A DNA stretch of 64,000 nucleotides from Candidatus Doudnabacteria bacterium (GTDB lineage: Bacteria; Patescibacteriota; Doudnabacteria; UBA920; VMFF01). The notes below the pieces were generated by a model that was given only the letters and a program-made list of their open reading frames with translations, did not search any database and was not told where the DNA came from. Location of the stretch: contig JAQBQP010000003.1 of assembly GCA_028286905.1 (NCBI GenBank), forward strand, positions 23,317 to 87,316, read 5' to 3'. Of the stretch, positions 9,979-19,095 are shown in pieces (position 1 is the stretch's first letter; each line of letters opens with the position of its first letter). The position numbers and the translations under genes were made by a program.

Positions 9979-11064
9979 ATGGATCGCTTGGATTACACAT
10001 TCAAGTTCAGCACTGAACTTGTGGTTGTAACACTATCTCTAATCGTAATTGGATTTAATGCCTTAGGTGGAACGCATTTAGCGTCAGCTAATAATCTTTT
10101 CACAAAATTATTAGCTTATCATCCGCAGCAGAATATTGCTCTATATAATAAAACCACTGCGGTTAAAACCGTTATTGCTCAGGATCGTAACGTAATAATT
10201 CCTTCCGCTTCTGCGCAAGTAGTTTTAGCATCTACTGATGCTCAATCTGTTACGCCAGATAGCTTTGACAGCCAGTCAAATTCCATTGTAAACAACAATA
10301 CGCTTCAGCAAGAAAACCCCGACAGTATCAAAAAACTAATCGCTGACCAAATCAAGGTCTACGATACAGTCCAAGGCGACACCATCCAAAGTATTGCCCA
10401 GAAATTCAATATTTCTGCGAATACGATTATGTGGGCAAACAATCTTTCCAGCTCTGCTATCAAACCTGGATGGAATTTGGTAATCTTACCAACCAGCGGC
10501 GTGCTACACAAGGTAACAAAAAATGATACGTTGGGAGATATCGCTAAAAAATATAGCGCAGACGTTAATCAAATCGTTTCTTACAACGGATTACAAGATG
10601 AAAGCGATATTAGCGCCGGCGATCTTTTAATCATTCCTGGCGGCAGTGTTCCTGCGCCAAAACCGGCAGCACCAAAACAAGCTCCAATTAAACACGTTCT
10701 TGCTGGCAATAAAGTTGTTTATGAACCAGTTGATGGCGTTCAAGACTTTGGCGGCGGTACTCATATATTCCCTTGGGGTCAATGTACTTATTACGCTTCG
10801 ATGAAGCGCGGTGGAGTGCCTTGGGGCGGAGATGCTAGATATTGGTTACAGAATGCTAAAGCTTACGGCGCAAAAACCGGCAGCTTACCTGCGATTGGCG
10901 CGATTGTAGTATTCAGCGGCGGACGCCACGGACACGTTGCAATCGTTGAAAGCGTCAGCGGCGACAGCTTCACAGTTTCAGAAATGAATTGGGAAGGCTT
11001 GGGCAAAGTTGATACTCGCACAGTGAGCTCCAGCGACCGCACAATTAAAGGATTCATCTACTAA
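9979..11064 (+). CDS. Peptidoglycan hydrolase: TM anchor, two LysM domains, C-terminal CHAP domain. Track ORF starts at 9817; the TM-containing MDRLDYTF start at 9979 is more plausible.
   Basis: LysM signatures (DTVQGDTIQSIAQKFNIS..., TKNDTLGDIAKKYSADVNQI...); CHAP Cys (GQCTYYA) and His (GHVAIVE). Confidence 0.75.
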   Translation: MDRLDYTFKFSTELVVVTLSLIVIGFNALGGTHLASANNLFTKLLAYHPQQNIALYNKTTAVKTVIAQDRNVIIPSASAQVVLASTDAQSVTPDSFDSQSNSIVNNNTLQQENPDSIKKLIADQIKVYDTVQGDTIQSIAQKFNISANTIMWANNLSSSAIKPGWNLVILPTSGVLHKVTKNDTLGDIAKKYSADVNQIVSYNGLQDESDISAGDLLIIPGGSVPAPKPAAPKQAPIKHVLAGNKVVYEPVDGVQDFGGGTHIFPWGQCTYYASMKRGGVPWGGDARYWLQNAKAYGAKTGSLPAIGAIVVFSGGRHGHVAIVESVSGDSFTVSEMNWEGLGKVDTRTVSSSDRTIKGFIY

Positions 11065-11099
11065 GTTATAAGTGGAAAACTAAAATTACATCTAATAAA

Positions 11100-11137
11100 A
11101 CAAGCGCCTCGATCAATTGATCGAGGCGCTTTAGTTT
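11100..11137. terminator. Bidirectional intrinsic terminator (26-bp perfect palindrome gcgcctcgatcaattgatcgaggcgc + T-runs) between the LysM-CHAP gene and the 143-aa GC-island gene.
   Basis: Palindrome 11104-11129, flanked by A/T runs. Confidence 0.7.
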
Positions 11138-11173
11138 AGAATAGAGCGCCGGCATCAAACTATAACCGGTTCT

Positions 11174-11605
11174 CTAATCGAAGTCGACCTTTTGCGAAGG
11201 ACTTCCCTGAGTCCGAACTGCTCCGTAAACACCGCTCCGCAGACCAGAGTTCGCTTCAGACGGTTTCGCGTGCTGCGGCGCGCGTTGAATTGGCAACTGC
11301 TGCATCGCCAACTCTTCGTGGTACCGTGCGGGCAAAAGCAGGATCAAGTTGCTTGCGCAACCCAGATGCTGAAGCGCAGTAAACGCCCCATGCTCAGCAC
11401 TGTAGTGCAGCACCCGCAAGCGTGTAGACCTTCCCAGGCTGGGAATGTGTCCGCAAGGAAGCGATTGCCCAACCGGAACATCGAAATCAGCATAGACTGC
11501 CGGATAACTGCGGTGGCTTCTCAGCCAGACGGTAAACCCGGCTGCCGGCTTCATGATCTCACGAAGATAATCGGAATCCGGGATTTCGCTTAGATTCGCT
11601 TTCAT
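11174..11605 (-). CDS. Hypothetical protein (143 aa) on a short high-GC island.
   Basis: Strong SD GGAGG 5 nt upstream of the ATG; bidirectional terminators on both sides. The antisense + ORF (11192..11593) is Arg-rich junk typical of a GC-rich shadow frame. Confidence 0.5.
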   Translation of the reverse strand: MKANLSEIPDSDYLREIMKPAAGFTVWLRSHRSYPAVYADFDVPVGQSLPCGHIPSLGRSTRLRVLHYSAEHGAFTALQHLGCASNLILLLPARYHEELAMQQLPIQRAPQHAKPSEANSGLRSGVYGAVRTQGSPSQKVDFD

Positions 11606-11640
11606 ATTTCCTCCTCAGGTGATGTGACGGTGACTTGCAA

Positions 11641-11672
11641 ACAAAAAAGCTCAACGCAGGCCGTTGAGCTTT
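11641..11672 (-). terminator. Intrinsic terminator downstream of 11853..13622.
   Basis: aagctcaacg-cagg-ccgttgagctt followed by a T6 run on the minus strand. Confidence 0.7.
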
Positions 11673-11852
11673 CGAAGTTTGGTTCAGTTTATATCTGTGA
11701 ACGCAAAGAAAGTCTCAGCAGCCGTGAGGGCTTATAGCATCCGTAAATGAGTGTAAAACTTCTTGTGTTCATAAAATAATAATATCGCTTTTCCACAATT
11801 GAGGCAAGGGCTGCGGCCCACTTACATATGAGGGTTGGTACTAAGTTCAGCC

Positions 11853-13622
11853 TTATTGGACCACGCCAAGACCTGATGGTTCGTCCGTTGTTTGAATTTG
11901 ATCCGCAACCAACGTGATGGAATTACTAGTAAAGCTGTCCGTGGCGCTGAACTTAATATTGCTGACCAACGTTACCGGCGCGCCACGCTGGGTGGTACCT
12001 GGCGTAATGCTTACGCTAAACTGCAGCTTGCGCGGAGGAACAAATCCGCCGGCATGCGCTAGAAGCTTGTCCACGGTCCAAGTAATTTTCTTTGTATTTT
12101 TATCAAACACGATGTTAGCACGCTCATCGCTATTAATTGTAGTCGGGTCAAAGTTAACTGCATTCGGAAGGTTTAAAGTCATTTTCCCAGCTGTAACATC
12201 GTTAGTCTGATTGTTCAAACCAATCACGACAAAGTATGTTGAAGTTTGTCCGACTACCGGAGGGTTCTGGCCAGAACTAAAGCTCACCACTTTACTGATA
12301 TCAGCAACGGTTTGAACTTTGGTAACCAAATCTGGACCAATAAAAGGTTGATTATACTCAGTGCTTTTTATTTCGGTGTGAGCAACGATTGTAAGATTTT
12401 TTAAATTATTTCTGGTTGCAGGATTTTTTACGGGCACCGAGAAAGTAAAACTATCCCCTTGTCCAGAGCCAACTGATTCTAGTCCATTGTTCTGAGATGC
12501 ATCCCAAGTAATAGTTCCGTTCTGAACATTTGCTCCGGTCGTGCTAATCTGGTCGAGGTTTAATGCTTCGCCGCTTATTTTCACCGTAACAATAACGCCA
12601 TTCGCAGCGGCTGAACCATTGTTTTTATAAGTAATTTTATATTGTAAATTATCTCCTGGGGCTACGGAATCCGTGGCCTTATTGGAAGAATCAATAGCAA
12701 TATTAGCTTCCAAAGGAATCTGAGCAATTGAAACCTGAAGCTGTCCAGCTGATAAAGCAAAACTTGGACTACCGTCGACACTGCCTTCAGCTTTAGCTGT
12801 AAAAATTTCTTGATCACCAGTGTTTACGTTCTTAAACGATCCGGTAATATTTATTTTACCACTGGCATTCGGAGCCAAATCCCCGAGCGTGTGAGTAGAA
12901 CCAAATGCCGGTTTAGGATTGTAGTTGGAAACTACGAAACCAGTAGGGGTAGTTAGGGTGATCTTAAAGCCGGTAATAGTTTTATCGGTATAATTTGCAT
13001 AACTTAATGAATAGGTTTCTTCTTGGTCCGGGTTAGTGTTTGCTTGTCCAGAAAAATCTAGAGCAACATTCGCAGTAGTTATTTGGCTCTGAGACTGCGC
13101 CTGAGCGACGAAATCGGAATTAAAATTTACCAAACTATAATGCATTGTTGCACTGACCGCTTTGGTTTCCCCTGCGTTACCTTGAATTGTGCCTTTGATC
13201 ATAATAACGGTATCTTGAGATGGTTCCAACGATGGCAAGCCAAACTGAGAACCATTAAGCTTTGTTGGTTTGGGCGTACTGTCTTCAAAGCTAAAACCGT
13301 TTGGATAAACCAAATCAATGCTAACATTTTTAATTGCGCTGGAATCGCTATCCTGAACATGCACTTTGTAGATCACTTCTGACCCCGAAGCAATTTTATC
13401 CGGCACCTCTATAGATATGCTAACTTTTGGCTGTACCGGAGTGTTATCCTTTGGCTTCCTAAGCGCAAAAAACAGCGCTACAGCGACAATAAGGATTGAT
13501 CCGGTAATAAGAATAGCCGGCCATTTATTTTCTTTAAAAAAGCCGATAAAGTCGATTTTAGGTTTCATGGGAGATGGATTTAAATTTGGATCTTGAATAT
13601 TGTTGGGTATATTTTCTTGCAT
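11853..13622 (-). CDS. Membrane-anchored surface protein with repeated beta-rich (Ig-like/DUF11-like) domains.
   Basis: N-terminal TM; repetitive T/S/N-rich beta-strand pattern; followed by a strong terminator. Confidence 0.55.
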   Translation of the reverse strand: MQENIPNNIQDPNLNPSPMKPKIDFIGFFKENKWPAILITGSILIVAVALFFALRKPKDNTPVQPKVSISIEVPDKIASGSEVIYKVHVQDSDSSAIKNVSIDLVYPNGFSFEDSTPKPTKLNGSQFGLPSLEPSQDTVIMIKGTIQGNAGETKAVSATMHYSLVNFNSDFVAQAQSQSQITTANVALDFSGQANTNPDQEETYSLSYANYTDKTITGFKITLTTPTGFVVSNYNPKPAFGSTHTLGDLAPNASGKINITGSFKNVNTGDQEIFTAKAEGSVDGSPSFALSAGQLQVSIAQIPLEANIAIDSSNKATDSVAPGDNLQYKITYKNNGSAAANGVIVTVKISGEALNLDQISTTGANVQNGTITWDASQNNGLESVGSGQGDSFTFSVPVKNPATRNNLKNLTIVAHTEIKSTEYNQPFIGPDLVTKVQTVADISKVVSFSSGQNPPVVGQTSTYFVVIGLNNQTNDVTAGKMTLNLPNAVNFDPTTINSDERANIVFDKNTKKITWTVDKLLAHAGGFVPPRKLQFSVSITPGTTQRGAPVTLVSNIKFSATDSFTSNSITLVADQIQTTDEPSGLGVVQ

Positions 13623-13624
13623 AC

Positions 13625-14365
13625 CTAAAGTGTACCTAAATAGCTCGGTGTATTCAAATTTCTTTCAAGAATATAGGTTAAAAATGATTCGGTCAGCTTG
13701 CGCAGCTCTTTAAGATCTAAATTTGAGCGATCTATTTGTTTAAAATCGATACTTTTGGCGTCAGATAAAGCTTTGTACAAAACTATTGAAACATTTTGAG
13801 CGTCTGTTACTTTTTCGACGCAATCTGAGCAAACAAATCCGCTTTTGCGATTGCTAAAAAATAATTGCTGTGCGGCTGAATCTTCTGAACTTTGAATTAA
13901 ATCTTTTCCGCAAATTGCGCATTTATTATAACTTAACGCGTAACCATTCAGTGCCAAAGATTGCAATGCAAACAAATCCGCACAAGCATGTTCAGAGCTA
14001 GTGCTTTTATCAAGATGCTGTAAAAATTCTAAATATAAATCGAATAGCTCTTCGTTCGGCTGCTCGTCGGCAGTGGATTTTAAAATTACTTCCGTGGCAT
14101 ACAAGGCTAAGTAAACTTTGTCGCCGTCATTATAAATATTTGAAAAAGTATCCAAGGCTTTTACGCCTTTAATCGTTGCGAGTTTTCTGGATGGCAAGAT
14201 ATCAACATCGGTATAAAACAAACTCTGCAAACCAAAAGACAGCTTGCTCTTCGGCGATTTAATCGAACGGGCAACGCCACGCACTTTCCCAAGCTCGCGG
14301 GTGTACATCGTGATGATTTCATGCCCTTCATCAAATATATTCTTTTTTAAGATTATCGCTTGCAT
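13625..14365 (-). CDS. recO: DNA repair protein RecO.
   Basis: N-terminal OB-fold-like region and a C-terminal CxxC...CxxC zinc motif (CAICGK...CSDC) at the RecO position. Confidence 0.65.
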   Translation of the reverse strand: MQAIILKKNIFDEGHEIITMYTRELGKVRGVARSIKSPKSKLSFGLQSLFYTDVDILPSRKLATIKGVKALDTFSNIYNDGDKVYLALYATEVILKSTADEQPNEELFDLYLEFLQHLDKSTSSEHACADLFALQSLALNGYALSYNKCAICGKDLIQSSEDSAAQQLFFSNRKSGFVCSDCVEKVTDAQNVSIVLYKALSDAKSIDFKQIDRSNLDLKELRKLTESFLTYILERNLNTPSYLGTL

Positions 14366-14431
14366 TTTAAAAGGTTTAGAGTTATATTAGGCTATCACGT
14401 TGTACGGAGGAACTTCAACTTGAGAGGAATC

Positions 14432-14680
14432 ATGGCGACCCACATCGCTGTACCCCGGCCCAAACAGGCTGATTCGTCGGAGCTGGACACCCTGTCCAAG
14501 CTGGTCGAGTCCGCAAAGCGCTTCGGCTTTAGCATACTGCTCGGCTTGGCCGCCGGAATGCTACTGGCGCGGCTCAGCAGTGCGAATCTGGCCTTCGCGA
14601 TTACCGTAGGCTTGCTGGTCAGTAGCATCTGCTGCTGGCACATGATCCGGTCAATCTGGACCAGCGCACCGCCGGAATAG
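14432..14680 (+). CDS. Small membrane protein (82 aa) on a high-GC mini-island.
   Basis: SD GAGAGGA before ATG at 14432; two hydrophobic helices; followed by a GC-rich bidirectional terminator. The track ORF starts at 14360 but that start has no SD. Confidence 0.45.
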   Translation: MATHIAVPRPKQADSSELDTLSKLVESAKRFGFSILLGLAAGMLLARLSSANLAFAITVGLLVSSICCWHMIRSIWTSAPPE

Positions 14681-14703
14681 ACCGACGCTCTCAGTTATAA
14701 ACG

Positions 14704-14745
14704 TTCACGCCCGCGAATCTTCATGAATCGCGGGCGTTCGTTTTA
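14704..14745. terminator. GC-rich hairpin terminator shared by convergent 14432..14680 (+) and ileS (-).
   Basis: cgcccgcga/tcgcgggcg stem followed by ttcgtttt. Confidence 0.65.
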
Positions 14746-17694
14746 AACTTTTGTTATTCCCAGCCAAACCGGTTTATCTTCAATTTTAATTTGGGCTTCG
14801 GCATCAGGCTCTACTTCAAATTCTTTTTTAATTTGAACAACGCCTGTTTTTTTGCGATCAAATTTATCAATCAAAGCCAGCTCTAAACTGCTATCCGACG
14901 TATTGTAGTAAAGGTCGATTAAGTCCCCAACATTTAATCCGAATTTCTTGCGCATGTCTTGTACCTGTCTTTCTAGTTCACGGGCATATCCTTCTTCTTT
15001 CAGTTCCGGTGTAAGTTTAGTGCTAAGTAAGATTTGAACGTTATTGCTTTCACGAGCAATCGTATCTGGCATTTCAACCATCTCCGGAATAACGTTCACT
15101 TCTTTAACATTTAACTCTTCGGCCAAAATTTGTTCTAAGTTTTTATCTAGCGGCACTGCCTCAGCATTCTTAAATCGATAGACTAAATAGCCGAGCGGTT
15201 GGCGAACTTTCATCTTTGCCTCAGTACGTGCGGACAACCCAAGTTCGACAACTTCTCGGACAATTTCCATTTGGGCAATAAGTGCGTTTTCTTCTGCAGA
15301 CATTTGCACTAAGCCTTCTGTATTCCAATCGGCAAGATGCACGCTTTCTTTGCCGGTAAGGTCTTTGTAAATCGATTCAGAGATGAACGGCATAAATGGC
15401 GCCATTAATTTAGAAAGCTCCAAAAGAACATAACCTAAAACTTTGAAAGAATTTTTTGAATCTTCATCTCCAGCTTTAAAGCGATCGCGGCTGCGGCGAA
15501 CATACCAAGTCGAAAGGTCATTTATAAACTGGCTGATTGGGCGGCTAGCACGAACGGTGTCGTATGCTTCCATGTTTTTAGTGACACCTACTTGCAATTG
15601 ATGCAACAAAGCTAAGATCCATTGATCAAGCGGATTTTCTGATTCCGGTTTCCAGTTATCCAAAACTTTTTCATTGGTATACATTCGGAAAAAGCTATGG
15701 ACGTTATTCAAAAGCAAAATGACTTTCTTATAAATTTCATCGAGCTCTCTTTCACTGAAAAACAGATTTTCTGCTTGCATTACACTGGACGAAAGTAAAT
15801 AGTAGCGCAAAGCATCTACTCCAAATTTATCAATTACTAGCCATGGGTCCGGATAATTCTTTTTAGACTTGGACATTTTCTGGCCATCTTCAGCCAAAAC
15901 CACGCCGGTATTAACGACATTCTCAAAAGGAATTTTGTCCCAAAGAATTGTACTCATGACATGCATGACATAAAACCAGGTTCGAGTTTGGTTGATGTAT
16001 TCTGCAACGAACTGGGCCGGAATTCTTGGCGGCACCAATTCTTTGTTTTCAAAAGGATAATGGAATTCTGCAAAAGGCATGCTGGCAGATTCAACCCAAC
16101 AATCAACGACTTCCGGCACGCGATGCATTTCGTTGGCACAAACGGCACACTCTAATTTTATTTGATCAACGAACGGTCGATGTAAATCTACTTCTTCAAT
16201 TTTAGAGCTTTTATAAACCGCGTCGTAATTGGTAGCTTTTTGTTTAAGCTCTTCAAGCGAACCAATACAAACAGCGCGTCCGCAACTACGATTGGTACAT
16301 TTCCAAAATGGCAAAGCTGTAGCCCAATATCTGTTCCTGGATATATTCCAGTCCGGTGCGCTTTCAATTCCCTTTTGAAATCTGCCGTGTTTAATGTGCT
16401 CAGGGTACCAATTAATTTGTTCGTTCAATTCTAATAAACGCGGCTTAACTTTTTGGATATTAATAAACCAAGATGGCAAAGCATTGTAGTACAAACGAGT
16501 TCCGCAGCGCCAACAAAACGGTACGGAGTGGGTGTAAACTTCAGTTTTAAAAACCTTGTTTTGTTCTTTCAATAATTCCAAAATTGCTTTCTCGCCTTTT
16601 TTGTAATAATTGCCTCGGATAAATTCTGGGGCGTTATCATTGAAATGCCCTTGTGGATTTAGCAATTGCACAATTGGTAAGCCAATTTCCAAGCCTAAAG
16701 CGTAATCCTCTTCTCCATAAACAACCGCGGTATGCACAATACCTGTTCCATCTTCTGTGGTTACAAAGTTTGCAGCATAAACTTTGTAAGATTTTTCACT
16801 ACGCATTGCCGGAATATCAAACATTTTTTCATATTCCAAACCAACTAACTTTGCACCTTTAATTTCTTCTAAAATTTCCGGATTGTTGAAAAGTATTTCA
16901 ACCCGGCTCTTTGCCAAAATATATTGAGCATTTTCAATTCCTGCTTCAAGATCAGCAGCGCTCGGCTTCACCAAAACATAATCGATATCCCGTCCAACTG
17001 CCATCGCCAAATTTCCTGGCAAAGTCCATGGAGTTGTCGTCCATGCTAACAAGTAAGTTGGAGCTTCTGTACTGGCCCCTCGTCCGACGACTTTCGCTTT
17101 GATATAAACCGACTCTTCGGAAACGTCATCATAAGAATTGTCCGAAGCAACTTCAAAGTTTGAAACCGGAGTTTCGCAGCGAGGACAATACATCAAAACT
17201 TTTCGACCTTCGTAGATCAAACCCTTTTCCCAAATTTGCTTCAAGGCCCACCAAACCGATTCCATATATTTGGAATCCATAGTTTTATAGGAATCATCAA
17301 AGTCTACAAAACGGCCGATTCGTTTTACGGTCTTTCTCCATTCATCTACATAAGTCAAAACGCTCTCGCGGCAAGCGTCATTAAATTTATCAACGCCAAT
17401 AGTTTCGATCTGTTTTTTGCCGGAGATGCCAAGCTTCTGCTCTACTAATTGTTCAATCGGCAAACCATGGCAATCCCATCCCCAACGACGGCGAACATAC
17501 TGCCCTTTCATTGTCGCATAGCGGCCGAAAACATCTTTTGCAGCGGATCCCAGGATGTGGCCGTAGTGCGGCAAACCGGTAGCGAATGGTGGCCCATCAT
17601 AAAAAACATATGGCTTGCCATCTTTAGTTTTTTCTAAGGTCTTTTCAAAGATCTTATTCTCTTCCCAAAATTGTAATATTTCTTCTTCTTTCAT
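14743..17694 (-). CDS. ileS: Isoleucyl-tRNA synthetase. The track start at 17724 adds 10 aa (MLLRFNLTKN) that derive from a REP-like repeat; the true start is probably the MKEEEIL Met at 17694.
   Basis: HIGH motif (PHYGHIL), KMSKS motif, a Cys zinc cluster, size ~980 aa. Confidence 0.9.
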   Translation of the reverse strand: MKEEEILQFWEENKIFEKTLEKTKDGKPYVFYDGPPFATGLPHYGHILGSAAKDVFGRYATMKGQYVRRRWGWDCHGLPIEQLVEQKLGISGKKQIETIGVDKFNDACRESVLTYVDEWRKTVKRIGRFVDFDDSYKTMDSKYMESVWWALKQIWEKGLIYEGRKVLMYCPRCETPVSNFEVASDNSYDDVSEESVYIKAKVVGRGASTEAPTYLLAWTTTPWTLPGNLAMAVGRDIDYVLVKPSAADLEAGIENAQYILAKSRVEILFNNPEILEEIKGAKLVGLEYEKMFDIPAMRSEKSYKVYAANFVTTEDGTGIVHTAVVYGEEDYALGLEIGLPIVQLLNPQGHFNDNAPEFIRGNYYKKGEKAILELLKEQNKVFKTEVYTHSVPFCWRCGTRLYYNALPSWFINIQKVKPRLLELNEQINWYPEHIKHGRFQKGIESAPDWNISRNRYWATALPFWKCTNRSCGRAVCIGSLEELKQKATNYDAVYKSSKIEEVDLHRPFVDQIKLECAVCANEMHRVPEVVDCWVESASMPFAEFHYPFENKELVPPRIPAQFVAEYINQTRTWFYVMHVMSTILWDKIPFENVVNTGVVLAEDGQKMSKSKKNYPDPWLVIDKFGVDALRYYLLSSSVMQAENLFFSERELDEIYKKVILLLNNVHSFFRMYTNEKVLDNWKPESENPLDQWILALLHQLQVGVTKNMEAYDTVRASRPISQFINDLSTWYVRRSRDRFKAGDEDSKNSFKVLGYVLLELSKLMAPFMPFISESIYKDLTGKESVHLADWNTEGLVQMSAEENALIAQMEIVREVVELGLSARTEAKMKVRQPLGYLVYRFKNAEAVPLDKNLEQILAEELNVKEVNVIPEMVEMPDTIARESNNVQILLSTKLTPELKEEGYARELERQVQDMRKKFGLNVGDLIDLYYNTSDSSLELALIDKFDRKKTGVVQIKKEFEVEPDAEAQIKIEDKPVWLGITKV

Positions 17695-17700
17695 ATTTTT

Positions 17701-17770
17701 AGTGAGGTTGAACCTTAGGAGCAACCCTTTTCCTTCACCCTTGGAGACAGCCCTCGGGGATAATGTGGAT
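17701..17770. repeat. REP-like repeat, orientation A copy, overlapping the annotated ileS start.
   Basis: Shares the gaggttNaacctt.gg.gcaaccctt...ggggaNaatgtggataa pattern with the other copies. Confidence 0.55.
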
Positions 17771-17982
17771 AAATAATAAAAACACCTTCTTCAAGAGCCC
17801 TGTGTTTCGGGCGGTGCCATCTTGATTGGTGCTTAATTTTGCTGGTTACGGGCAGCTACCGGAATTTTCTACTCTCGCCCTTTAAAGTCTTTTGCTTTAT
17901 CCGGGCGATTTCTTAATTCGACTCCCTGTTGATTGCAGGTCTGACGTCTTTGTAAAATCATTATACCACAAAACCTTTAAAA

Positions 17983-18315
17983 CTAAAAATTTGCTTTCAA
18001 GTCTGGCCACAGGATCATTACCAATGCCAGTGTGCCTAAAACCACGCCAGCAATCTGAACTCGGTCCAGATGCTCTTTGTAAAATATCACGCCAAGTAAA
18101 ACCGCGATCACCTCTGAACCGATTGAAAAAATAACCGCGCCTCTGCCTAGCCCAGCGCCGTTCTTTAAAGAGAATAGCCAGAAAGTGTTTGCTATTACAT
18201 AAGAACCGATTGCGAGCACCCACAAAAGCGAAGACTGTTTTAAAGACCATTCTTTTGCAAAGACATCAGCAACACCTTCAAACAATAACAATAACCCAAC
18301 GAAGAACATCCACAT
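17983..18315 (-). CDS. Small 4-TM membrane protein, SMR/DMT-superfamily-like (EmrE/SugE-like).
   Basis: 110 aa, 4 predicted helices, membrane-embedded Glu in helix 1, GxxxG-rich C-terminal helix. Confidence 0.5.
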   Translation of the reverse strand: MWMFFVGLLLLFEGVADVFAKEWSLKQSSLLWVLAIGSYVIANTFWLFSLKNGAGLGRGAVIFSIGSEVIAVLLGVIFYKEHLDRVQIAGVVLGTLALVMILWPDLKANF

Positions 18316-18320
18316 TTTTT

Positions 18321-19095
18321 TATTCTTTTAATTATGCTGCAGCTGACATTTTATTCGCAGAATCTTGAACTTCTTTTTTAAAATCTTCAAGCGCACGGAG
18401 GACAACCCAATCTGATCCTTTCGGAGCATTTGCATTCTCTAAAAAATCTAAGATCAAATTGTGTGAATCTGATAAAACAATTTCTTCTTGCTTTTCTTGA
18501 TGGTTCAGTTGGCGAAAAACATCTCGTATGACAAAAATTAAAACGAGAAGATCTTTAGAAAACCTAGGTTCAACATCGACGAGGTATATTTGATCTTCTT
18601 GCTCCCCCTTCTGTGCCCGTAAACATACTGTTGCTGCAATCCGATATCATCAAAAAACTCTTCGTTGGAATAAAATTTATCAATATAGTAGCTAAACAAT
18701 CCAAAAAAATATTTCTCAAAAACTTTCTCTGCACTAACCTCGGGCCGCTTCAAATCTTTTTGAGTCAGATTCATTAAATTTACACCTTCTATTTTATCCG
18801 TTACTGTAAAAATTTTCGGATCAGCAGAATCACCACTGATGACATAATCTATTTTTGGAACAGCTATCCCATACTGTTTAGAGATAAAGGCTGCTTCCTT
18901 GCGAGCACGTTCATATTTTTCGATAACTTTATCTAAACTTTCTTTAGAATCTTTTCGGTCTTCCGGTAACTCTACGAAATAACCAACTGAATGCTCTTTT
19001 ATTACTTTACCTTCTGGATGTTCTAAAATATTATCTCGTCCAAATGGACCAGACTCCAGACTCTCAAATGGATTTGGTCCAGGAAATTCCACCAT
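18321..19095 (-). pseudogene. Hypothetical protein gene interrupted by a frameshift at a poly-C (minus poly-G) tract near 18597-18603. The track shows only the upstream 185-aa part (18538..19095); the downstream reading frame stays open to 18321.
   Basis: Alternative frame after the homopolymer encodes plausible protein sequence (...QEDQIYLVDVEPRFSKDLLVLIFVIRDVFRQLNHQEK...) for ~75 more codons. Confidence 0.4.

Noticed and set aside
11192-11593. The + strand 133-aa ORF antisense to the 143-aa GC-island gene.
   Set aside because: It has a TTG start without an SD and an Arg-rich low-complexity translation. The minus-strand ORF has a consensus GGAGG SD and terminators, so it was preferred.
17797-17868. 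72-nt segment GGGCGGTG...CTCTCGCCC with complementary ends, considered as a tRNA.
   Set aside because: No D-arm, anticodon arm or GTTCGA T-loop could be folded. No other intergenic region showed a convincing tRNA cloverleaf, so no tRNA is reported.
17725-17940. Possible T-box leader upstream of ileS. The motif caatcaagatggcaccgcccg loosely resembles the T-box AATTAGGGTGGTACCGCG.
   Set aside because: The region is a copy of the REP-like repeat family found at three other sites, including both flanks of the RAYT gene. The similarity to the T-box consensus is weak, and no specifier-loop or antiterminator structure could be traced.
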